A stretch of DNA of 64,000 bases, from positions 21,807-85,806 of the IMG/VR virus record IMGVR_UViG_3300045988_144274, one strand, 5' to 3'. This document shows positions 43,020-49,824 of the stretch, in pieces; the stretch's first letter is position 1, and the number at the start of each line of letters is the position of its first letter. The position numbers and the translations under genes were made by a program. The notes under the pieces are model-generated. The model was not told where the DNA came from. It was given only the letters and a program-made list of their open reading frames with translations, and did not search any database. The DNA comes from a virus.

Positions 43020-43271
43020 TTAACCTATTCTTTCAAAGCCTATATAATCTAATTTATCCCAAAGAATTTCTATATTTGCATCTATAGAAAGATCATCGTC
43101 GTAATCTATCGAAGTTATCGGAATTATTACGGTATTACATACGTTACCGGCTATTAATTCGTTCGTGTCGTCTCTATATCCAATATAAATGACATTTGTA
43201 TTTCCTTCATTGTCTAAGAATTCGCCTAAACAATTAGATATAATGCTATTGTTAAATTCTTTTGTAGTCAT
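43020..43271 (-). CDS. hypothetical protein
   Basis: Track ORF in the minus-strand array. Confidence 0.5.
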   Translation of the reverse strand: MTTKEFNNSIISNCLGEFLDNEGNTNVIYIGYRDDTNELIAGNVCNTVIIPITSIDYDDDLSIDANIEILWDKLDYIGFERIG

Positions 43272-43274
43272 AAC

Positions 43275-43532
43275 TTATTTATTATTTAAAGGTAAATTTA
43301 AAAATTCTTTTTTATTTAGTCCGCAAAAACTTGCTATATGTCTGCCAGTTGTAGCACTCCAACCGTTCCACAATCGTATAACATTTCCGTTTGCATCTAT
43401 TTTTGCAACGTCGGTGTTATAAGATTGAAGTACTTTTGTATTATCGCTATATATTTTTACTTTCGCTTTCCCGTAAAAAGACTTATGGCTATCGTTTGGA
43501 TATAAATCGCAAATATTTACTAAATTTTTCAT
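43275..43532 (-). CDS. hypothetical protein
   Basis: Track ORF with AGGAGG upstream of the ATG. Confidence 0.5.
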   Translation of the reverse strand: MKNLVNICDLYPNDSHKSFYGKAKVKIYSDNTKVLQSYNTDVAKIDANGNVIRLWNGWSATTGRHIASFCGLNKKEFLNLPLNNK

Positions 43533-43556
43533 GTTTATTCCTCCTTTATTTAATTA

Positions 43557-43808
43557 TTATTGATTTGGTAGTATTATAGTCTCAACCTTGTTAAACTTTT
43601 CATCATCAACTTTAACCGCTATATATTTTTGTGCCTTAAAATCATAAAGAACTGCTATCGTATTGCCGCCAAAAGCGGTTTTATTATCATCGCACACATT
43701 TACAAATTCATAAGTTTTTTTTCCTACTTTTATAAGTACGTTTGTATGTCTGTATAACATACAAGTAACAACATACTTAAACGTCTTTTTTTCTTCTATC
43801 TTTCCCAT
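43557..43808 (-). CDS. hypothetical protein
   Basis: Track ORF in the minus-strand array. Confidence 0.5.
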   Translation of the reverse strand: MGKIEEKKTFKYVVTCMLYRHTNVLIKVGKKTYEFVNVCDDNKTAFGGNTIAVLYDFKAQKYIAVKVDDEKFNKVETIILPNQ

Positions 43809-43844
43809 GATTAAAAAGTATTGATTAGTATTTTATACGAATGC

Positions 43845-44027
43845 TTACAAATATATCACATTCGTAATATATATTTTAAAATTACGTTCAATGTGGTCTA
43901 CTATTTCGTTATGGCAAAAACTACCATCAAACCACAAAAACGTACTAGAATCTAAACTAACACGTTTTTTTAATTCCGGTATATATACTAATACATTGCC
44001 GGATCTCTTAGATACTATTATTTCCAT
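43845..44027 (-). CDS. hypothetical protein (first gene of the leftward array)
   Basis: Track ORF. Confidence 0.45.
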   Translation of the reverse strand: MEIIVSKRSGNVLVYIPELKKRVSLDSSTFLWFDGSFCHNEIVDHIERNFKIYITNVIYL

Positions 44028-44134
44028 AGATTTATATTAATATTGGTAATTATATTGCAACTCTGTATTTATCGGGCTTGTAACCGTCTATATATTACAG
44101 GAATATATAGGCTACATTAACAAAAATAGCAAGC

Positions 44135-44142
44135 CAAATATA
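44135..44142 (-). promoter_or_regulatory. -7 promoter box TATATTTG for the leftward array
   Basis: Reverse complement of caaatata, 108 nt upstream of the ATG at 44027. Confidence 0.35.
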
Positions 44143-44614
44143 ACAGAACTTGAGTAATAACTAATTATTGTTAGTTGTTACTAGATTTACCCGTTATATT
44201 GGATACTTGCTATTATTAGATGTTATTTAGAATTTAATTGTTATTGTATTGGTTTATTCACTATATTATAACTACTAGGGTCGGTCTCCTTTCGTTTCAC
44301 CCGTATAACTCACTACTACGGTCTCATAACTAATTACTAGTTTGTAGGTACTGATATAACCAATGTTTGAGTAATACCTACTTAATAGTCTTATGCTTGT
44401 AAGGTTGCTACGATGCAACAAATAAGCCGCTATTTTCAACATGTGAATGAACGAAAACCAATTAACCAACAGCAGAACGAAACGCAAAAAAGAAAAGGGA
44501 TATTATAATATAGCTCTATTTCCAGTAAATCGAAAACCTGTTATACAGGTGTATAATATAATATCTTGCGGTCTGCATAAGATAGGAGTCAATCAGTATT
44601 TTAAAGAACTACTT

Positions 44615-44638
44615 GGGAAACTGTTTCCCTTTCTTTGT
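44615..44638 (+). terminator. palindromic hairpin GGGAAAC-t-GTTTCCC plus T-rich tail
   Basis: Read directly from the sequence. Followed by TTTCTTTGT. Confidence 0.35.
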
Positions 44639-44642
44639 ATTG

Positions 44643-44650
44643 CAAATATA
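44643..44650 (-). promoter_or_regulatory. second leftward -7 box (TATATTTGCAA)
   Basis: Reverse complement of ttgcaaatata. Confidence 0.3.
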
Positions 44651-44664
44651 CACACATTATCGGA

Positions 44665-44724
44665 ATGCGCAAAATATGCACTAATATATTAACCTTTGTT
44701 AGGTTATGCGCACTGTGTGCACTA
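44665..44724. repeat. direct repeat of bipartite motif ATGCGCA-N5-TGCACTA (two copies, 41 bp apart)
   Basis: Copies at 44665-44683 and 44706-44724, with an AACCT/AGGTT hairpin between them. Confidence 0.5.
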
Positions 44725-44836
44725 TTGAATTAACACAAATAACTACGATTTTACCGTAGTTAAGTTAATTTCGTGTTAAATGTAAACAATAACGAAAAAA
44801 CACACTGGAACGTACACAACGCAACGCAAATAAAGC

Positions 44837-44863
44837 GGGGAAAAGGGATAAAGGGAAAAGGGG
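44837..44863 (+). repeat. G-quadruplex-forming purine tract
   Basis: GGGGAAAAGGGATAAAGGGAAAAGGGG: four G3-4 runs with 4-5 nt loops, inside a ~50-nt purine-rich tract. Confidence 0.5.
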
Positions 44864-45130
44864 AAACGGAAAGCAAACAGGATAGCACTATTAACGAATA
44901 TACTATAATATCGAAGATGTTATAGTATATGAGTAAATAATATATATATACTATATAGAGAAAAATAAACGTGTAAAAAAAATAGAAATAGATAAAACAT
45001 ATCGAAAAGATAAACATCATAGAAAAAATCTATAAGAAGAAAACAAAATGCGAAAGAGGTTATATATGAGAAAGTGCGGCTTTCTCACATGCCAAACATT
45101 TTTTTTTGTGTATGCTTGTTTAATGCAGCC

Positions 45131-45138
45131 TATTTTTG
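45131..45138 (+). promoter_or_regulatory. -7 promoter box TATTTTTG(CA)
   Basis: Matches TAnnTTTG. Same TATTTTTGCA as at 45421. Confidence 0.3.
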
Positions 45139-45320
45139 CACATTACAGAGCAAAAACGATGTTTCCAGAACACGAAACGAGTGTTTTAGACGTGTTTTAA
45201 GGCTGAATGCGATATTTTAATACAAAATGCTATGTTTATATTGTCTTATTATTGATCTTTTAAAATTAAGCCTAAAAATACGTTCATTCCTGTATTTTGC
45301 CCTCTGTTTTCCGGTGGCTT

Positions 45321-45344
45321 CCCCGTGCCTACCCACCCCCCCCC
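45321..45344 (-). repeat. C9 homopolymer and C-rich tract (G-quadruplex motif on minus strand)
   Basis: ccccgtgcctacccaccccccccc on the plus strand. C9 at 45336-45344. Confidence 0.5.
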
Positions 45345-45420
45345 TATTTGCATCCATCGGTTGAACCGGCTATACTCCTCAATTTTTTATTTTTATTTTT
45401 TTTATTTTGCTAAGAAGTTA

Positions 45421-45428
45421 TATTTTTG
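45421..45428 (+). promoter_or_regulatory. -7 promoter box TATTTTTG(CA)
   Basis: Matches TAnnTTTG. Confidence 0.3.
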
Positions 45429-45447
45429 CATACCTTCTTTCTTTTTC

Positions 45448-45500
45448 AATCCCCTTCCTGTTTTTTCGTGTTTTTCAGGTTGGGGATTTTATATTTTTTT
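45448..45500 (+). terminator. terminator hairpin
   Basis: AATCCCC-tt-CCTG ... CAGG-tt-GGGGATT followed by a T-rich run. Confidence 0.45.
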
Positions 45501-45585
45501 GGTGTCATAAAGTAGCATTTAATAGCCATAATTGATTTTTGTCTATTTTCTGCTATTTTTTGTTGTGTCTATTGGCTTAATTTAT

Positions 45586-45593
45586 TATATTTG
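45586..45593 (+). promoter_or_regulatory. -7 promoter box TATATTTG
   Basis: Matches TAnnTTTG. Confidence 0.3.
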
Positions 45594-45632
45594 TGCTTAG
45601 CTATAAAACTAAGATTTTATAATTTGTACTTT

Positions 45633-45667
45633 CTCCCCTGTCTGTGAAGATGGGGGTTTTCTTTTTT
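45633..45667 (+). terminator. terminator hairpin
   Basis: CTCCCC-tgtctgtgaagat-GGGGG followed by TTTTCTTTTTT. Confidence 0.45.
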
Positions 45668-45836
45668 AGTTTAACTATTCCTATATTTCTTCTATTTTAG
45701 CCATTAAGATGATAAGTTCTTCATTTTTGGCATGAAAATCGCTATTTATACCACTTATTAAACCTTATTTGGTGTTTATTTAGTTAAAGTCAGTGTTATA
45801 TTTTGTATATTTCTTGTTTTTTGCTTTAAATGGGTG

Positions 45837-45844
45837 TATATTTG
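45837..45844 (+). promoter_or_regulatory. -7 promoter box TATATTTG(CGAC) for the rightward operon
   Basis: 31 nt upstream of the ATG at 45875. TTG about 20 nt upstream as a possible -33 element. Confidence 0.45.
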
Positions 45845-45874
45845 CGACATGTTTAACTAAAAAAGATAGAAATC

Positions 45875-46318
45875 ATGTTTATGAAGAAGAAAGAAGAGAA
45901 GGATTTGTCTTGGTATCAGGACAAGTTGGCGCAATTGGATGAGGAGCTTTATGTTGTTAGGAAGGAATATGAAAATTACCTTGCTAAAAGGTATTATCCT
46001 GAATTTAAGGATAAGATAGGTCGTTATTATAAATCCGAACATCGCTATAGTTCCCGTTCTCCTTTTTACGAATATCATGTATTGTTAGATGTTCAGCCGG
46101 AAGATTTGTATGCTGGTTCAGATGGTAAAGTGTTAGCAGAATGTATGGTATCTTCTGTTAGTCGTGATGATAATGGCTGTATTAGGATTAACTTATCAGA
46201 GAAGGCTTATGTTCATTATTTGGGCGATGAGATAAGCGAGAGGGAGTATAAAGATGCTGTTTCTAGTATTTTGTTTGATGCTGCCGGTGTTTTACCTAGT
46301 TTGAAGATTTCTGAATGA
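45875..46318 (+). CDS. hypothetical protein
   Basis: Track ORF. First gene of the rightward block. Confidence 0.55.
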   Translation: MFMKKKEEKDLSWYQDKLAQLDEELYVVRKEYENYLAKRYYPEFKDKIGRYYKSEHRYSSRSPFYEYHVLLDVQPEDLYAGSDGKVLAECMVSSVSRDDNGCIRINLSEKAYVHYLGDEISEREYKDAVSSILFDAAGVLPSLKISE

Positions 46319-47295
46319 GGGTATTGTCTTTGTTTGATGGTATGGGCTGCGGCATGATTGCTTTGAGGGAGCTTGGCATAGAGCCGGAGGTTTATTATGC
46401 TTCCGAGATAGACAAATATGCTATTATGCAGACAAGTCGCAACTTCCCTAACGTTATCCATGTAGGTGACGTTAGGGAATTGGATGCATCCAAACTTGGC
46501 AGGATAGACTTGCTTATTGGCGGTTCTCCGTGCACTTCGTTCAGTTCCGCTGGTAAGATGAACGGTATGAGTACTAAGTGCAGTGAAGAGGTGGTTACCC
46601 TTGACCGATATTTGGAATTGAAAGAACATAATTATGAATTTGAGGGTGAATCCTACCTGTTTTGGGAGTATGTGCGTATTTTGAAGGAATTGAGAAAAGT
46701 CAATCCTGATATTCTGTTTTTGTTGGAGAATGTGGAGATGCAGACTAAATGGGAGAATGTGATAGATAGCGTTCTTGGAATCAAGGGTGCGCATATTAAT
46801 TCCGCATTGGTATCCGCCCAGAACAGGAGACGAATATATTGGAGCAATATAAAGACTACAAGATATGGTCTTTTTAATCATGATTTATATACCCATATAC
46901 CTCGTCCTGCTGACAGATGTATCTATTTAAGGGATATTCTTGAAGATGAAGTTGATAAAAAGTACTTTATCAGTGACAATATGCATGATTGGCTTGTATC
47001 TCGTAGCAAAAAGAAGAATGTAAAAATAAGAATTATGTCAGGAGATGATAAGTCTCATTGTATAACAGCCACAGCGATATATAAAGGGAATTTAGATACT
47101 GATTATGTTCCTGTTACTATAAATGGTGAAAGAAGGCTTAGGAGATATACTCCTTTGGAATGTGCTCGTTTGCAAACTGTTCCTGATTGGTATAAATGGT
47201 ATTGTTCAGACACCCAAATCTACAAGATGCTTGGCAACGGATGGACTGTAGAAGTCATAAAACATATATTTTCTTTTATAAAAAACAAAAAATGA
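46315..47295 (+). CDS. DNA cytosine-5 methyltransferase
   Basis: Motif I LSLFDGMGCG, motif IV GGSPCTSFS, motif VI ENV, motif VIII QNRRRIYW, motif X GNGWTV. Confidence 0.85.
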   Translation: MRVLSLFDGMGCGMIALRELGIEPEVYYASEIDKYAIMQTSRNFPNVIHVGDVRELDASKLGRIDLLIGGSPCTSFSSAGKMNGMSTKCSEEVVTLDRYLELKEHNYEFEGESYLFWEYVRILKELRKVNPDILFLLENVEMQTKWENVIDSVLGIKGAHINSALVSAQNRRRIYWSNIKTTRYGLFNHDLYTHIPRPADRCIYLRDILEDEVDKKYFISDNMHDWLVSRSKKKNVKIRIMSGDDKSHCITATAIYKGNLDTDYVPVTINGERRLRRYTPLECARLQTVPDWYKWYCSDTQIYKMLGNGWTVEVIKHIFSFIKNKK

Positions 47296-47594
47296 AAGAG
47301 TTGGAATTGGTTATAAAGGGTCGTGGTGAGACTAAGGGTTTTACTTTTACTTTGGTGAACAAGTCTCCTTATGCTTATATGTATAGAAGCGTTGACGATT
47401 GTGGCGGTAATGTTGTTTATGAAGTTTTCCGTCGTGTTGAGAACAAGATGTTTGATTGTGTGAGTTATCCCAGTAGCAACGGGTTTGGCGATTCGCTGTA
47501 CATGGGTAAAACGTATAGGTCTGCCGACCTTGCTGTTCGTTGGTTTAACCATTTGACAGAGATGGGGCAAAAAAAACAAGGAATTTCTTTGTAG
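47292..47594 (+). CDS. hypothetical protein (methyltransferase-adjacent)
   Basis: ATGA overlap with the methyltransferase stop. The track ORF starts further upstream in the same frame. Confidence 0.55.
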   Translation: MKELELVIKGRGETKGFTFTLVNKSPYAYMYRSVDDCGGNVVYEVFRRVENKMFDCVSYPSSNGFGDSLYMGKTYRSADLAVRWFNHLTEMGQKKQGISL

Positions 47595-47620
47595 TATTGA
47601 AAATGTTCTCTATATTTGCA

Positions 47621-47631
47621 GTACTGGTACA
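47621..47631 (+). promoter_or_regulatory. promoter box TATATTTGCAG
   Basis: Exact 11-mer. Confidence 0.4.
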
Positions 47632-47637
47632 GTAGAA

Positions 47638-47806
47638 TTTACTTATAAGTGTTTGACAAAAAATGTAGGGGTGATAGTGATATTACCCCTATATATTATC
47701 TCTAATTTTTTATTCATTTAAAGGTGTTTGATTACTTTTTTCTTTCAGTTGAACATGGGGACGGGGATGACTTAGTGAAGCTGTCCCTTGTTTTTTATAT
47801 ATGCTA
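47638..47806 (+). ncRNA. candidate ~170-nt small RNA (unit C)
   Basis: ORF-free. Contains hairpins TACTG-gta-CAGTA and TAGGGGT-N12-ACCCCTA (47676-47701). Ends in a weak GGGAC...GTCCC hairpin followed by TTGTTTTTT. Confidence 0.25.
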
Positions 47807-47841
47807 AACGTTAATGTAGTGTTAAAGCCTTAATTACATTT

Positions 47842-47858
47842 GGCGATTGCCAATCGCC
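47842..47858. promoter_or_regulatory. 17-bp perfect palindrome GGCGATTG-C-CAATCGCC (candidate operator)
   Basis: Ends 4 nt before the promoter box at 47863, covering the expected -33 region. Confidence 0.45.
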
Positions 47859-47862
47859 AACT

Positions 47863-47873
47863 TATATTTGCAG
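47863..47873 (+). promoter_or_regulatory. promoter box TATATTTGCAG
   Basis: Exact 11-mer, 25 nt upstream of the ATG at 47898. Confidence 0.45.
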
Positions 47874-47897
47874 AACATTAATTTAAAACCAAAAAAT

Positions 47898-48191
47898 ATG
47901 GAACGTATTAAAGTAAGTTGTTATGTTGATGCTTCTAATTTGAGAAGCATTTTGAATTTACCGGAATTGAAAGATAATGGTGTGTCCGGTTCTGATTTGG
48001 ATGGTGTTTCGGAGATTATACTTGACCCTCCAACTCTTCCTCTTGAAGATGATAATCAGAGAACCCAGTTCGTAAACAGTATTTTCGGTGCTGCTATCAT
48101 GACTATAATTCAATGGAAAAGTCAGCAAAAGGGAAATACTATGAACGTTGAACCTGAAAAAGAGGGAGGACAGGACGATGAAAGTAGATAA
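47898..48191 (+). CDS. hypothetical protein with acidic C-terminus
   Basis: ATG at 47898 preferred. The track TTG start at 47847 lies inside the palindrome/promoter. Confidence 0.55.
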   Translation: MERIKVSCYVDASNLRSILNLPELKDNGVSGSDLDGVSEIILDPPTLPLEDDNQRTQFVNSIFGAAIMTIIQWKSQQKGNTMNVEPEKEGGQDDESR

Positions 48192-48338
48192 TAGTATTCG
48201 TGTACCGTTTAATGTTGATGTCTTGAAAAAGATTAGGCAATCGCAGCAAAAGAAAATGGCATACTTATAACATCAATAACAAACTGCCTTAAAGGACGGT
48301 CTAAGTCTGCCGGAGGTTTTTATTGGAAACTAAAATAA
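48178..48338 (+). pseudogene. frameshifted remnant of a NUMOD1/IENR1-like homing-endonuclease DNA-binding module
   Basis: Frame 1 reads MKVDNSIRVPFNVDVLKKIRQ... and stops at 48270. The -1 frame from 48237 reads AIAAKENGILITSITNCLKGRSKSAGGFYWKLK, the typical C-terminal motif of such modules, with no start codon of its own. Confidence 0.35.
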
Positions 48339-48345
48339 ATGTGAT

Positions 48346-48918
48346 ATGAGTAAAAAAATAATGTTCAATGATAAATTTGGCTTAACCCAAGCCGTATTGG
48401 ATGGTCGAAAGACTATGACGAGACGTATTTCGGAAGACCAAATACGCAACAGCATCTTTTGTAAGAGTGGTTATGAAAGCATACATGGGTATGAAATAAA
48501 GCCTAAATACAAGGTTGGTGAAGTCGTTGCCATTGCGCAAAGTTATGAAAGCGTTTATAATGAGAAAGGGCTTGAAACTATGGATATGCTTGTTTCGGGG
48601 CTTAAAAACCATAAAGGATGGCAAAATAAGCTTTTTGTCGCCGCAGGTTATATGATTCACCACATCCGCATTACAGACATCAAGATTGAGCGTTTGCAAG
48701 ATATATCAGATGAAGATTGCATGAAAGAGGGAATTATTCATGCGTATACTAATAATAATGGAATAAAGATATATCATACCCCTCATACAAAAAGAGGATA
48801 TTTGTCAACAGATGTAGCTCAAGAAGCTTTTGCGTTCTTGATAAACAAAGTTTCCGGCAAAGGCACATGGGAAAGTAATCCTTATGTATTTGTATATGAA
48901 TTTAAACTAATAGATTAA
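48346..48918 (+). CDS. ASCH-like domain protein
   Basis: N-terminal MFNDKFGLTQAVLDGRKTMTRRI pattern. Confidence 0.4.
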   Translation: MSKKIMFNDKFGLTQAVLDGRKTMTRRISEDQIRNSIFCKSGYESIHGYEIKPKYKVGEVVAIAQSYESVYNEKGLETMDMLVSGLKNHKGWQNKLFVAAGYMIHHIRITDIKIERLQDISDEDCMKEGIIHAYTNNNGIKIYHTPHTKRGYLSTDVAQEAFAFLINKVSGKGTWESNPYVFVYEFKLID

Positions 48919-49253
48919 TGAGTAAATTTAAAGATTTAGTAGTCGAAGATTCAATCATACTTTCTGTTAGCGACCCTATTACAATGAACAAAGCTGATAA
49001 TATTAGTTCTCATGTAAATGTAGGGGTAAATATGAAAGTCTTTTATTATCCTGACTCCTATCCATGTATTGATAAAAAACTAAAGGAGATACTTGATTGT
49101 ATTGAAGACAATCAAGTGTATGATAACTTAGTAACCATCCGTCATTATGCAGAGATGAACAATCTTGCTAAGGAAACGGTTAGACAGCGAATAAAGAAAG
49201 GTCTTATACCTTATGTGTTGATTGATGGTGTTTATTTTGTAAAAATGGAATGA
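48918..49253 (+). CDS. protein with C-terminal excisionase/AlpA-like HTH
   Basis: VTIRHYAEMNNLAKETVRQRIKKGLIPYVLIDGVYFV. Confidence 0.5.
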   Translation: MSKFKDLVVEDSIILSVSDPITMNKADNISSHVNVGVNMKVFYYPDSYPCIDKKLKEILDCIEDNQVYDNLVTIRHYAEMNNLAKETVRQRIKKGLIPYVLIDGVYFVKME

Positions 49254-49254
49254 T

Positions 49255-49434
49255 ATGAAACCGGAAAATTTAAAGAAGTTGGAAGAAACCATTAATAAAA
49301 TGGACGAAATGTATGAGAACCAGCTAAAGCCTTATATCTCAATATCACAGCAGGTAGGAGAGGCAGCAAGCTTCTTGGTAGACAGGATGAATGAATTAAT
49401 AGCAATTTACAATGATGAGGGAGGACCAGTGTAG
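49255..49434 (+). CDS. small hypothetical protein (59 aa, below track cutoff)
   Basis: Hand-read ORF. Confidence 0.45.
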   Translation: MKPENLKKLEETINKMDEMYENQLKPYISISQQVGEAASFLVDRMNELIAIYNDEGGPV

Positions 49435-49438
49435 TATT

Positions 49439-49609
49439 ATGTGCGATGGTATGAATTGTAAAATCAGAGATACTTGTAAAAAATATCAAGAATATCTTGA
49501 TTACTATATCTTTGACCCATTAAATGGGGAGGATTATCTTTATTACGGTTTTTTAGAACCTGCATATAATGGAACTTTTTGTGATAATTATGTAAAATCG
49601 AACAAATGA
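49439..49609 (+). CDS. small Cys-rich protein
   Basis: MCDGMNCKIRDTCKKY... ATG at 49439 avoids overlap with the preceding ORF. Track start is 49412. Confidence 0.5.
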   Translation: MCDGMNCKIRDTCKKYQEYLDYYIFDPLNGEDYLYYGFLEPAYNGTFCDNYVKSNK

Positions 49610-49824
49610 AAGCAGAATTATATGATAAAATTAGAACGGCTGAAAAAATAGTGGATCAGACAGATCAAGCTGTTCGTGCATTGAAGGATTTGAAGAGCTT
49701 TTTACAGCTTCGTCGTGAAGAGTGCCCCGAAGTCATAAAATGCCTGAATACTATGGTGGATTTTAGAATAAAAAAAAGAGATGAATATTATAACAATTTA
49801 TTATTGCTAAACGATGAGGATTAA
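49606..49824 (+). CDS. hypothetical protein
   Basis: Track ORF. Confidence 0.5.
   Translation: MKAELYDKIRTAEKIVDQTDQAVRALKDLKSFLQLRREECPEVIKCLNTMVDFRIKKRDEYYNNLLLLNDED

Noticed and set aside
41000-45300. Apparent CpG-dinucleotide enrichment suggesting foreign origin of the 41-45 kb segment
   Set aside because: By-eye counts in 180-nt samples ranged from 1 to 11 CpG within the segment itself and overlapped counts elsewhere (2-3). This is too inconsistent to claim without a computed sliding-window profile.
44275-45510. Track ORFs in the 44.0-45.9 kb region (44275..44487, 44447..44692, 44760..45020, 45325..45510, 45857..46078)
   Set aside because: Extremely low-complexity (poly-F/I/Y/L) or arbitrary sequences overlapping hairpins, homopolymers and promoter boxes. 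The region is treated as non-coding.
46216-46881. 221-aa minus-strand ORF overlapping the cytosine methyltransferase gene
   Set aside because: Antisense to a gene with all canonical C5-methyltransferase motifs. Its own translation has no recognisable features.
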